64,000 nt of DNA from a bacterium (GTDB lineage Bacteria > RBG-13-61-14 > DATKZS01), in the NCBI GenBank assembly GCA_963674965.2, contig CAXXFL010000001.1:864001-928000 (forward strand). Reading direction: 5' to 3'. Made by a program: the position numbers and the translations under genes. Below the pieces are notes generated by a model, which ran no database searches, was not told the origin of the DNA, and was given only the letters and a program-made list of their open reading frames with translations. Positions 11,201 through 19,329 of the stretch are shown here, one piece after another (the first letter of the stretch is position 1; the number at the start of each line of letters is the position of its first letter).

Positions 11201-13338
11201 TCGAGTATGAATGGTTCCAACTCGACGGCCCCGCCGCGAGCCTTGACCTTTCCGATCCTTCCCGGCCCACTTTTCCCGGGGACTCGACGGGTAATTATCT
11301 TTTCGCGCTCCAGGTTTTCGACGGCTTCGAGGTCAGTCCCTTTTGGGATTACACCGAGGTCATGGTCAAAAGCCCGGGCAATAACGTACCCGCGGCCGAC
11401 GCGGGCGACGATCAAACCGTCAGCTATTGGGAAAGCTACGACGTCCAACTGGACGGCTCGGGCAGCCACGACCCCGACCAGGACCCGCTGACTTACCGAT
11501 GGACCATGGTCAGCAGACCCTACGGCAGCGCGGCCGAGCTTTCCGACCCGGGCTCGGAGTACCCGACCTTTGACGACGACCAGCCCGGGTGGTACACGAT
11601 CAGCCTTAAGGTTAACGACGGCGAGGTCTGGAGTCCCGTCGACTACGTAAAGGTTTATTCCTCGAACGCCGCCATGGACAACGACGGCGACGGGATACCC
11701 GACCACCTTGACCCGGACGACGACAATGACCTCATGCCGGACGACTGGGAAATGGCCCACGCCCTTGACAGGTTCGATCCCTCCGACGGCGATCCTTTCG
11801 AGATAAACTCGGCCACCGACCCGGACGGGGATGGAAACGGAAACGTGCATGAGTACTTCAACCAGAGCGACCCGAGGGACGGCGACGCCCACCTTTGCCC
11901 GAACAACCTGGGCGGCTGTTTCTTCGGTGACGGTAACGGCGACTTTTTATTCGATCCTCTCGACCTCTCCCTATTGACGCAGACGGTGGCGGGCAAGAGT
12001 CCGAACTTATCCTCCGTTTATCCGGGAAACGGAGACAATTTCGACTTAACCGGGGACGCGCTGGTCGATCCTCTCGACATTGGGGTCCTTCGCGGCCTGT
12101 TAAGCCTTAAGTCATCGAGCATGCCGGGAGCGCCCGCCGACGTTGCCGTGCTTTCGCCGGGCTACTCGGTTGGCGCCAACGAGGGGGAACTGGTCGCCCT
12201 CGAGGCGCTGGCAATGGACAACGCCATGGCCAGCGACGGTTTCAGCACCGCCCGGCCGGGCACGGCGCTGATTTTCGAGATTGTCTCGGGCGACGGGGTC
12301 CTCCTGGGAGGCGAGGGGACCGTCGGGCCCCGCCGCGCTCTAGCCGCTCTTAACGTCAATTCCAATTACCACGACTCGTCCTTCGCCCTGTCGCGGGACG
12401 AGAAGACCCTGATAATCGCCTCGAACAGGCCCGGCGGCGCGGGGTCCTTCGACTTGTACATTTCCGTTCGCGATGAAAGTGGGGACGCCTGGGGAACTCC
12501 CCTTGCCATAGCAACGGTAAACACCGAGGCCATCGAGGCCACGCCGGCCCTTTCCCTCGACAAGCTCGACCTTTATTTCGCCAGGGAGAACCAGGGAACT
12601 GGATGGGACCTCTACAAGTCCAGCCGGCCCGACGAGTCCTCCGATTTCGGCGCCCCCGCTCCCGTCACGGAACTTAACACGGACGGCTACGAGGCCGCGC
12701 CGACCATTACCGACGACGGGCTGGTCATGTACTTCGCCTCGGACGGCGGGACCGGGGACCGGGACCTCTACAGGGCCTCGAGGCCCGACGTTTACTCGGC
12801 TTTCGGGACGCCCTCCCAGGTGGCGGAGCTAAACGGCGAGTACGACGAGAACGCTCCCTCCATAAGCGGCGGCGACACCATGATCCTTTTCTTCTCGACC
12901 CGGCCCGGCGAAAAGGGGGGTACCAACATATGGATGGCCACGCGATCCGGCTCTCTCGATCCCTTCTCGGAGCCCGAGGAGCTTTCCCTTATTAACACCG
13001 ACCTGGGAGAATACAAGGCCTGGAGAAGCGTTGACGGCCTGAGGCTGTATCTTTCCACTTACGGCTACGAGGCCGGTCCCGGCATCGACCTTTTCCAGAT
13101 TACGCGGCCGTCGATCGGTCTGCCCTTTTGGGTCAACGACGACGAGGGCCGCTATGACGTTACCGGGGTCATCGAGGGCGGCTCGACCGAGGACTCGGGA
13201 GGAAGGGGATGGATGAGGGTCCATCTAACCGGGTGCGGAGAGACCCTGATAGCCGTGTACAAGGACGGGGAACCAAACAGGTACCTCGAAACGGCGGGAG
13301 CGCCGGGCCTGGTCAAGATAAATTCCGCCTGCCCCTGA
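8233..13338 (+). CDS. Secreted M6-family (immune inhibitor A-like) metalloprotease with PKD-like, Ca-binding DxDxDG, dockerin-like and PD40 repeat domains
   Basis: Signal peptide; HEYGHCLGLIDLY zinc motif and YDVMSAG Met-turn; three P.A.AG.DQ/LDGS.S.D.D repeats; DNDGDG repeats; ASNRPGG/DLY PD40 repeats. Confidence 0.85.
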   Translation: MKRSALNASLGVILFCLFSAFSFYGFRAGAAERLPAPSIGQNQVLVILITFNDATPTYSKPEFTELFFGDTSNTFRNYYEEASYGAFTVTGSVEGWFTASGSHDYYGGGNYGQGGFPSYPGNAQRLVEEAVDLAEASGVDFSVYDNSGDGRVDSLIIVHQGQGGERISDSSNIWSFYGAISDGGGTPRYYDGVLIDYFAIVPEVSYKGGRIVECGPPVHEYGHCLGLIDLYDKDSSSSGVGVYDVMSAGVWGPDFDSPEFPVHFSAYSKARLGWIDPIVITGSTQGWFSLPPFELYPFALKIPANPDYGLEYFLAANVQPIGYDRNVLDQGLIIFHVDERAIMENRQERIGCGTAIPTLAVEQADGEYDLEHGENWGDTHDLYPLPGGTLGQFHAASTPNSINHDCRLSGVSITSIGLSGDTIEAYLSADDFRPASDLPLLSMRVGSWDEVSGDGDDYLEAGEVFNLTATLSNNGATAHDVSAVFSSLGSYLVFGDTSSAFPDLGPGQEVSSGDTVLVSILPGYRKGESQRIYATITHDEGLISQNLYPKLGKPDLLYVDDDDGDQTEKIIATYLGNAEFYFDTWEVYKLGPPGSTVMAGYDKVIWATGGDDLEPLSAQEMGVISDYLDAGGNLALSSPYLLLDPEPGVTAFARDYLHVTDFTDDHFAMDKTRGISNDPVSHDSSLFNYSSTIFHYPLLNRTQGLTPDALAAGCILNDRGNYTAVRYPGDGSGPYKTLFASFGLEIVVYYNQSILLRRILNSFNYREGKPFAVIVDPTSARPKATDLVIGIFGMNFNADTGVTFPDGTINVTDVDLVSANRLDVTVNVDIDAWTGMHDMTLSDAAGDTIRLEKMFKVSGTPLPNQVPVASAGADQDGYRTDPFDLDGSLSHDPDYDPVAYKWEILEGGSALILPSDTAQVATLTPAWDFAGDYVILLTVSDPYDSAGDTVRISVYNRAPMADAGPSQIVATGALAELDGSGSYDLDGDSLEYEWFQLDGPAASLDLSDPSRPTFPGDSTGNYLFALQVFDGFEVSPFWDYTEVMVKSPGNNVPAADAGDDQTVSYWESYDVQLDGSGSHDPDQDPLTYRWTMVSRPYGSAAELSDPGSEYPTFDDDQPGWYTISLKVNDGEVWSPVDYVKVYSSNAAMDNDGDGIPDHLDPDDDNDLMPDDWEMAHALDRFDPSDGDPFEINSATDPDGDGNGNVHEYFNQSDPRDGDAHLCPNNLGGCFFGDGNGDFLFDPLDLSLLTQTVAGKSPNLSSVYPGNGDNFDLTGDALVDPLDIGVLRGLLSLKSSSMPGAPADVAVLSPGYSVGANEGELVALEALAMDNAMASDGFSTARPGTALIFEIVSGDGVLLGGEGTVGPRRALAALNVNSNYHDSSFALSRDEKTLIIASNRPGGAGSFDLYISVRDESGDAWGTPLAIATVNTEAIEATPALSLDKLDLYFARENQGTGWDLYKSSRPDESSDFGAPAPVTELNTDGYEAAPTITDDGLVMYFASDGGTGDRDLYRASRPDVYSAFGTPSQVAELNGEYDENAPSISGGDTMILFFSTRPGEKGGTNIWMATRSGSLDPFSEPEELSLINTDLGEYKAWRSVDGLRLYLSTYGYEAGPGIDLFQITRPSIGLPFWVNDDEGRYDVTGVIEGGSTEDSGGRGWMRVHLTGCGETLIAVYKDGEPNRYLETAGAPGLVKINSACP

Positions 13339-13362
13339 ACATGGAGATTTCCGGGAATATTT

Positions 13363-14421
13363 TTACCTGATTTTTTGCAGCTTTCCCGTGTTCCAGTTCT
13401 TGGCGCCGAACTCGATGGTGGTTGTCTGGCCCGCCTTTACTTCCACGGCCCCGTTGTAGTCGTTTTGTCCCTGCCCCGCTCCCTGCATGGCCGCCTGATG
13501 GGTTTGAGGAGAGTCGAGCCCGGAGTCGATCAGGATGAAATAATGTCCCGGCTCGAGCCCCTGGAACGTGATGGTAAGGTTTTCCCAAAAATAAGTGTAA
13601 GCCAGGACGGGCTGCCTGGGGTCGTCGTCCTGATGGGTTTGCGAGGTCCGGGTGGGCGGCTTGACCATGGCCTGGTTGGCGCCGGCCACGATCACCAGGA
13701 TGTGAGGAGAGGCCGCCGGACTTTGTGACGTCTCGAGGACGGGCCCCTTGATTTTTACCACCAGCTTGCCATCTCCACTCCTCGCGGGGGCCGGAGCGAC
13801 CGGCGCTGAAGCCGCCGGCGCTTTGGGGGCCGCGGGCACGGCCGGAGTCGGGGCCATGGCCACCTCCCTGGGAGGAGTGGTCGCGGCCGGCTTTGCCGGC
13901 TCCGGCTTGGGCTCGGGCTTGGTCCGGACGGGCGTGGAGGGGCCTACGGGCGTTTGGGGAGGAGGCGCCACCACCACCGTCCTTCTTCCGTCGCGGCCGT
14001 CGTGTTTGTTATCCGGCTCGGGACGCTTATTGTACTCGGTTGCGGGAATCCACTGTCGGCCTTTTTTCCTGGAAGCGGGCTTGTTTTTCTCGGGCTTGGC
14101 CGCGGCGGGCTTCTCGGAGGGTTTGAGGTCTTCATTTTTTCCCTGGCCAAGCCTCGTGAGAGTGGGCTCCGTTTCGTCGTAATCCGCCTCCGGGACGGAC
14201 GGCTTTTGCGGCGGGGCCTTGGCCGCGGTCATCCTTGGCCCGTACTCCATGGCCACGCCGATACTGGCGGCCAGTATGACGACGGAAACCGCGCCCGGCA
14301 CGATGAGCTTTTCCCTGTTGGCGATAAGCGCGGCCAGCACGACGGCCAACAGTCCGATGCCGAGAAGCGGCATGATCACGATTATCAGCGAGGCCCCTTG
14401 CGGCAGGCTTTCCATGTCCAT
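13363..14421 (-). CDS. Hypothetical membrane protein with Pro/Ala/Lys-rich linker and C-terminal beta domain
   Basis: Two N-terminal TM segments, long low-complexity linker, GGGAG RBS; follows the PD40 gene. Confidence 0.7.
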   Translation of the reverse strand: MDMESLPQGASLIIVIMPLLGIGLLAVVLAALIANREKLIVPGAVSVVILAASIGVAMEYGPRMTAAKAPPQKPSVPEADYDETEPTLTRLGQGKNEDLKPSEKPAAAKPEKNKPASRKKGRQWIPATEYNKRPEPDNKHDGRDGRRTVVVAPPPQTPVGPSTPVRTKPEPKPEPAKPAATTPPREVAMAPTPAVPAAPKAPAASAPVAPAPARSGDGKLVVKIKGPVLETSQSPAASPHILVIVAGANQAMVKPPTRTSQTHQDDDPRQPVLAYTYFWENLTITFQGLEPGHYFILIDSGLDSPQTHQAAMQGAGQGQNDYNGAVEVKAGQTTTIEFGAKNWNTGKLQKIR

Positions 14422-14432
14422 GTCTCCCGTGG

Positions 14433-15689
14433 TTATTGCGCGGGCTTAAGCTTGATGGACCTTGTCAGCATGGCGCAGTTTTCTCCCTCCTCGATTTCGA
14501 CCTTTTCGGAGTAGTCGGAGTGTCCTTTTTCCGAGACCTGAATCTCGAGGCGCTCGAGCTCGACTATAACCTGGAACGCTCCCGAGTCGGGATTGGACTC
14601 GACCTCGGCCACCACGCGGGAGGTGGCCGGGTCCTTGACGCTGACCCTGGCGGCGAGGGGCGACCCGCTTTCCTCGTCCGAGACCGACCCCCGGATAATG
14701 ACCATCCGGCACTTGGGCACCAGAAGGGGAATGGGTATGGAATAGACGTCCTCCATGCCCAGCCCGCCGGATCGGTCGGAGCTGAAATAAGCCAGTTCGC
14801 CCGATCCGGGGAGGGTGAAATAAATATCGTCCCGAGTTGTGTTGATAATATCTCCCACGTTCTCGGCCTCGGTCCAGGCGCCGTCCAGGTAGGACGACCT
14901 GAAGATATCGGCCAAGCCGCTGCCGCCTCTTCCCCTCGAGCTGAAATAGAGCGTCTCGTTGTCGGGCATGAGGAAACCGACGCCGTCCCAGTCCGAGGTG
15001 TTGACGCCGGGCCCCAGGTTGGCGGGTCCCTCCCACCTGCCCTGGGTCGAGAAGCCGGGAATCAGCTTCTTCATCATCTCGCCCCGCTTGGCGTACCACA
15101 GGTCCGTGCCCCCCAGGCCGCCGGGACGGTCGGAGGCGAAAACCAGCGTCTCGCCGTTCGAGGAAATCGAGGCGTTGGACTCGTTATGCTCCGTGTTGAC
15201 GGGGGCCCCCAGGTTCTCGGGGCGGGTCCACCTTCCTCCCAGGTTAAAAGAGACGTAAAGGTCGCACTTGCCCAGGCCGCCGGGCCGGTTGCAGGCCGTG
15301 AAATAAAGGGCGTTCTCGGAGAGGGAAAAACTGTCGGGTCCCTCGTCGTCCTCGGTATTGATGGGCGCTCCCAGGTTTTTGGCCTCTCCCCATTCTCCGC
15401 CTTCCCTGTAGCTTACCCACACGTCCTGTCCCCCGAGTCCGCCGGGCCGGTCGGAGGTAAAGTAAAGAGCGTTGCCGTCCGGGGAGATGATGGGACCGAA
15501 ATCGGAAGCCGCCGAGTTAACGGCGCCTCCCAGGTTGGTGGCCTGATCGAGGTCGTCCGTCGGCGGGGCCCCAAAGGGATTGGGCAACTTGGCGCCACCC
15601 CCCGCGGGCTGCTCCGAGAAGGCGGGAAGCAAGGCGGCCAGGGAAAGGATAATAACGGCGATAAAAAGCGCCGGCCATCCACGTTTCAT
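14433..15689 (-). CDS. Secreted PD40 (WD40-like beta-propeller) protein with C-terminal carboxypeptidase-regulatory-like domain
   Basis: Signal peptide; repeated NLG..VN / YF.SDRPGGLG..D.W units; IRGSVSDEESGSPL domain; no OmpA domain. Confidence 0.85.
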   Translation of the reverse strand: MKRGWPALFIAVIILSLAALLPAFSEQPAGGGAKLPNPFGAPPTDDLDQATNLGGAVNSAASDFGPIISPDGNALYFTSDRPGGLGGQDVWVSYREGGEWGEAKNLGAPINTEDDEGPDSFSLSENALYFTACNRPGGLGKCDLYVSFNLGGRWTRPENLGAPVNTEHNESNASISSNGETLVFASDRPGGLGGTDLWYAKRGEMMKKLIPGFSTQGRWEGPANLGPGVNTSDWDGVGFLMPDNETLYFSSRGRGGSGLADIFRSSYLDGAWTEAENVGDIINTTRDDIYFTLPGSGELAYFSSDRSGGLGMEDVYSIPIPLLVPKCRMVIIRGSVSDEESGSPLAARVSVKDPATSRVVAEVESNPDSGAFQVIVELERLEIQVSEKGHSDYSEKVEIEEGENCAMLTRSIKLKPAQ

Positions 15690-15836
15690 GGTCAACTCTC
15701 TTTCGGGCCCATGCCCTTAGCTTAATACGCGACGTCGAAACCAACTACCGCTCGGTCTCGAGCGATAACGGAGCGCCACCCCCGCGCGCCGTCCGCTAAT
15801 TTATAATATCACACGAGGAAATTCATGCCAACATAA

Positions 15837-16184
15837 TCAGGGCGTAAGCACCTTTTGATGGGAACCCATGGAGGCGACCGTGTCCCGCATGTTGCCCGGA
15901 GAGCCGACCCTCAGCTTTTCCTTTCTGCCGTAATAGTCCAGGCACGTTCCGCAGGAGGCGATTTTTACTCCCTCCTCCTCCATGTCCAAAATCAAATCGA
16001 GAACGTCCGAGCCCTCGGTGGTAAGAAAGATGCCCGAGTTCATGAAGATTATTTCATCCGGCAACTCTCCGGACTCGAAAAGCATTTTCAGATACGCCTT
16101 CATCAGCTTTTCGCCCAGGTCGGGTTCACCCTCTCCGAGACCGGAAGATTTAATGATTATAAGAACGTCCTTGTCAATGGCCAT
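15837..16184 (-). CDS. DsrE-family / YedF-like sulfur or selenium relay protein
   Basis: GEGEPDLGEKLMKAY, FMNSGIFLT, SCGTCLDYY, GNM; AAGGAG RBS. Confidence 0.85.
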   Translation of the reverse strand: MAIDKDVLIIIKSSGLGEGEPDLGEKLMKAYLKMLFESGELPDEIIFMNSGIFLTTEGSDVLDLILDMEEEGVKIASCGTCLDYYGRKEKLRVGSPGNMRDTVASMGSHQKVLTP

Positions 16185-16383
16185 AACTTAAGCTCCTTTC
16201 CAGTTTTACTATTATTAACGGCACATTATATTTTAACCCGAGAGCGCCTCTCGATAAACCGCGCCCCTTCTTCGACCGTGAAACGATCTCGCGGCGCTCG
16301 TTGTCCCAATTTCCGGGAAAAGACTTAAGTTGGCGTAATGGTACGCGATAAGCGATGATATATATCCTGGAGGGCGCCGGTCC

Positions 16384-17253
16384 ATGGAAATTAAAATACG
16401 CTTCGGCAAAAGCGAGAGAGAGGTCGAGCTTGGCTCGCGTTTCGCGCGCTACTCGAAATGGATACTGTTCATCCTGATTATCTGGGCGGGCACCACGGCG
16501 GCCAGTCTTTATTACGTGGCCAGCCTGGACCCGCTCAGCCTGGTGGACCTCGAGGTCAAGATGGCCCGCGAGCTGAACGTCAAGGTCGACTCGAAGATAC
16601 CCGTAACCGCGCTGATTGACCAGACCCTCGAGCTTCCGATCAAGAAGACCGTGCCGGCACAAGTATCGGTGGACCAGGTGTTTCACGTTCCGGTTGACGA
16701 GAGCGTCAACGTTCCCATCGACGTGACGGTCGTCGTGCCGGTGGACCAGGACGTGAAGGTCAAGGCCGAGGTGCCGCTTCGGATCGTCATTCCCATCGAT
16801 CACAAGCTGAGAGTCAAGATTCCGGTTGTGGGGATGACGGACGTGCCGGTTAAGGGCACTATTCCCGTCAACCTGGTGGTTCCTCTGGACCAGACGGTAC
16901 ACGTGAAGGACGAAATCCCGGTCCGCATCAGGGAGGACCTGCCCGTTCGGCTCAAAAAGACCATCGCCGTTCCCATCAAGACCTCGGTCAGCGGCGAGGT
17001 GGCGCTGGACACGACCTTCGAGGTGCCGCTCAAGACCCAGGTCAGCGCCGACGTAATTATCAGGGACACGGTAAGGGGAGAGATCGACCAGTCGATCATC
17101 CTGGACAAGGACCAGATCAGGATACTTCCCGACAAGGACAAGACCGACGAGATGAAGAAAAAATTCCTTGACAAGCTGCCCGAGGGCGTAAGAGACTCGA
17201 TAGACGAGAACATTTCCACCGAGGCGGTAAAAGCGGGAGAGACGGCCGAGTAA
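16384..17253 (+). CDS. Membrane-anchored hypothetical protein with Val/Pro-rich beta-strand repeats
   Basis: One TM helix followed by repeated V.VP[IV]D[QE] units. Confidence 0.7.
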   Translation: MEIKIRFGKSEREVELGSRFARYSKWILFILIIWAGTTAASLYYVASLDPLSLVDLEVKMARELNVKVDSKIPVTALIDQTLELPIKKTVPAQVSVDQVFHVPVDESVNVPIDVTVVVPVDQDVKVKAEVPLRIVIPIDHKLRVKIPVVGMTDVPVKGTIPVNLVVPLDQTVHVKDEIPVRIREDLPVRLKKTIAVPIKTSVSGEVALDTTFEVPLKTQVSADVIIRDTVRGEIDQSIILDKDQIRILPDKDKTDEMKKKFLDKLPEGVRDSIDENISTEAVKAGETAE

Positions 17254-17310
17254 TCTTCTCTCGCCCGCCGGAGAGCGGCCCCGACGGCCGCGGGAAAGGA
17301 GGTCCATCAC

Positions 17311-18204
17311 GTGGAGGAACTTACCAGAATAATCAAAACCTATTCCGACCAGATAATTAATTGGTCCCTTGCCCACGGGGCCAGGGTCGCGCTGATCCTT
17401 GTCATCTTTCTGGGGCTCTTTTTTCTTCTCCGCTTCGCCCTTCGCCGGTTCATCCGCTTTTACCTTAAAAAGGAAGACGACGTGGAAAAGGAGAAACGGG
17501 TCCAGACCCTCACCAACGTCATTTCCTTTACGGGGGGGTTCCTGCTCATCTGCACCGGCGCGATGATGGTGGTGGCCGAGCTTGGCATCGACGTCAAGCC
17601 CTTATTGGCCTCCCTCGGGATCGGGGGCCTGGCCATCGGCTTTGGCGGCCAGAGCCTGGTCAAGGACGTCATCTCGGGTTTCTTCATGCTCCTCGAGGAC
17701 CAGGTCCGTGTAAACGACGTGGTGGAGGCCGCCGGCAAGTCGGGCCAGGTCGAGTCGGTCGGTCTTCGCACCCTGGTGCTGAGGGACTTGGCCGGCAACC
17801 GGATCATCATTCCCAACGGCGAGATAAAGGGCATTACCAACATGACCTACGAGTACTCCCGTTACGTGTTCAAAATCGGCGTGGCATACAAGGAGGACGT
17901 GGGCAAGGTCGTCGATCTAATGAAGCGAGTGGGAGAAGAGTTGGCCCGGGACAAGGACTTCGGTTCCCTGATCAAGGAGCCCCTCGAGATATTCGGCCTT
18001 GACGAGTTCTCCGACTCCTCGATGGTGATCCTGGCCCGGATCACCACTCTTCCCATCCAGCAATGGGCCGTGGGCCGGGAATACAAAAAGCGCCTGAAGC
18101 AAACCTTCGACGCCGAGGGAATCGAGATACCCTATCCTCACCGCAAGATATTCATGGAGATGGAGTCCTGGGAAAGGTCGCGAAAGGTCTCGTCGGACTC
18201 GTAA
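17311..18204 (+). CDS. Small-conductance mechanosensitive channel (MscS family)
   Basis: GLAIGFGGQSLVKDVISGFF, IIPNGEI, GIEIPYPH; AAGGAGG RBS. Confidence 0.92.
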   Translation: MEELTRIIKTYSDQIINWSLAHGARVALILVIFLGLFFLLRFALRRFIRFYLKKEDDVEKEKRVQTLTNVISFTGGFLLICTGAMMVVAELGIDVKPLLASLGIGGLAIGFGGQSLVKDVISGFFMLLEDQVRVNDVVEAAGKSGQVESVGLRTLVLRDLAGNRIIIPNGEIKGITNMTYEYSRYVFKIGVAYKEDVGKVVDLMKRVGEELARDKDFGSLIKEPLEIFGLDEFSDSSMVILARITTLPIQQWAVGREYKKRLKQTFDAEGIEIPYPHRKIFMEMESWERSRKVSSDS

Positions 18205-18487
18205 AGCGAGAAGCGATTTACTTCACCCCGGTGATAAAATAGTTGAAGCCTTTGGACCCCACTTGTTTTTAATCAGTACAGTCCCGCCTTCAATCCGATC
18301 AAGAAGAAATAGAGCAAGGTGAAGTATCATTTTCGGCCCACCAAAGCGCGGACGTATCCTTGATCGATAATAGAGATCATTGAAGCATAGTCTACTGATA
18401 CGGCGAGCGATGGCAAGGGGTATTTTATTTTATACGGAGTCACGACACCTAAACCTCTTGACAAAAAAGACATATAATGCAATGATA

Positions 18488-18569
18488 AATGATCAAGTGT
18501 TCATTATACATGATAATAAGCTGAATGATAAGGATATTTAATATATTCTATAGTGAACGATAGATCATT
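18488..18569. promoter_or_regulatory. Two candidate TetR operators (AATGA-N8-TCATT) upstream of the tetR gene
   Basis: AATGAtcaagtgtTCATT at 18488-18505 and AGTGAacgatagaTCATT at 18552-18569; TTGACA at 18458. Confidence 0.55.
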
Positions 18570-18608
18570 TACAGCAAGCGTTTGTAATGCAAATCCAGGA
18601 GGTCGGAG

Positions 18609-19235
18609 ATGTCGCCCAAGATCGTAAATAAAGAAAATAAAAGAGATGAAATAGCAAAGATTGCTCTGGAACTTTTCGCGGAAAAAGGTATCGAGAATAC
18701 CTCCATCAGAGAAATAACCACGTCGGCCGGCCTGGGATTGGGCACTTTTTACCTATACTTCGATACCAAGGAAGCAATAATCCTGGCCACTGCTCGCCTC
18801 TTTGTCAGAAATCTGAAAGAAATATTACAGCAGATACTTAAATCCTATAACGATCCTGAATTAAGGCTTCGCGAGGGCGTTAAAGTATTAATGAAGGCGC
18901 ATTTGGCAGACGATAAATACGCGAAGATCACTATTTCGATGTTTCAATTAGTGTTATCCAATAGGGATTTTTCCAAGGAGAATAACCTCATCAAGGAACT
19001 ATATCGAGGTTTTCGCAAGGCGATTATTGATACTATTTTGGATGGCGTTTCACGTGGTGTATTCCGACCAGAAGCTGCAAAGAAGTCTGAAATGATCGCT
19101 GTTAACTTAGCGGCTTTTTTTGACGGTCTTTGGCTTCATTATTTTATGGACAGGAAATACTTCGATATTGATAGTCAAATTGACCTGTATCTTGATGAAC
19201 TCATGGAGAACCTAAAGATGCCTCATTCACGCTAA
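18609..19235 (+). CDS. TetR/AcrR family regulator
   Basis: ALELFAEKG..TSIREI..AGLGLGTFYLYFDTKE helix-turn-helix; AGGAGG RBS. Confidence 0.93.
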   Translation: MSPKIVNKENKRDEIAKIALELFAEKGIENTSIREITTSAGLGLGTFYLYFDTKEAIILATARLFVRNLKEILQQILKSYNDPELRLREGVKVLMKAHLADDKYAKITISMFQLVLSNRDFSKENNLIKELYRGFRKAIIDTILDGVSRGVFRPEAAKKSEMIAVNLAAFFDGLWLHYFMDRKYFDIDSQIDLYLDELMENLKMPHSR

Positions 19236-19284
19236 AAAATCGAATGATATTGGAGGGCAAGTCATTATTATATCCTTAGCGAAA

Positions 19285-19302
19285 AATGAACCAACCGTCA
19301 TT
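19285..19302. promoter_or_regulatory. Third candidate TetR operator upstream of the amidohydrolase
   Basis: AATGAaccaaccgTCATT. Confidence 0.55.
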
Positions 19303-19329
19303 AGGACACTTGCAAAGGGGGGAGGGCTG

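Noticed and set aside
14436-17376. Long opposite-strand ORFs (14436..15725 +, 16174..17376 -)
   Set aside because: Antisense shadows of the PD40 and beta-repeat genes.
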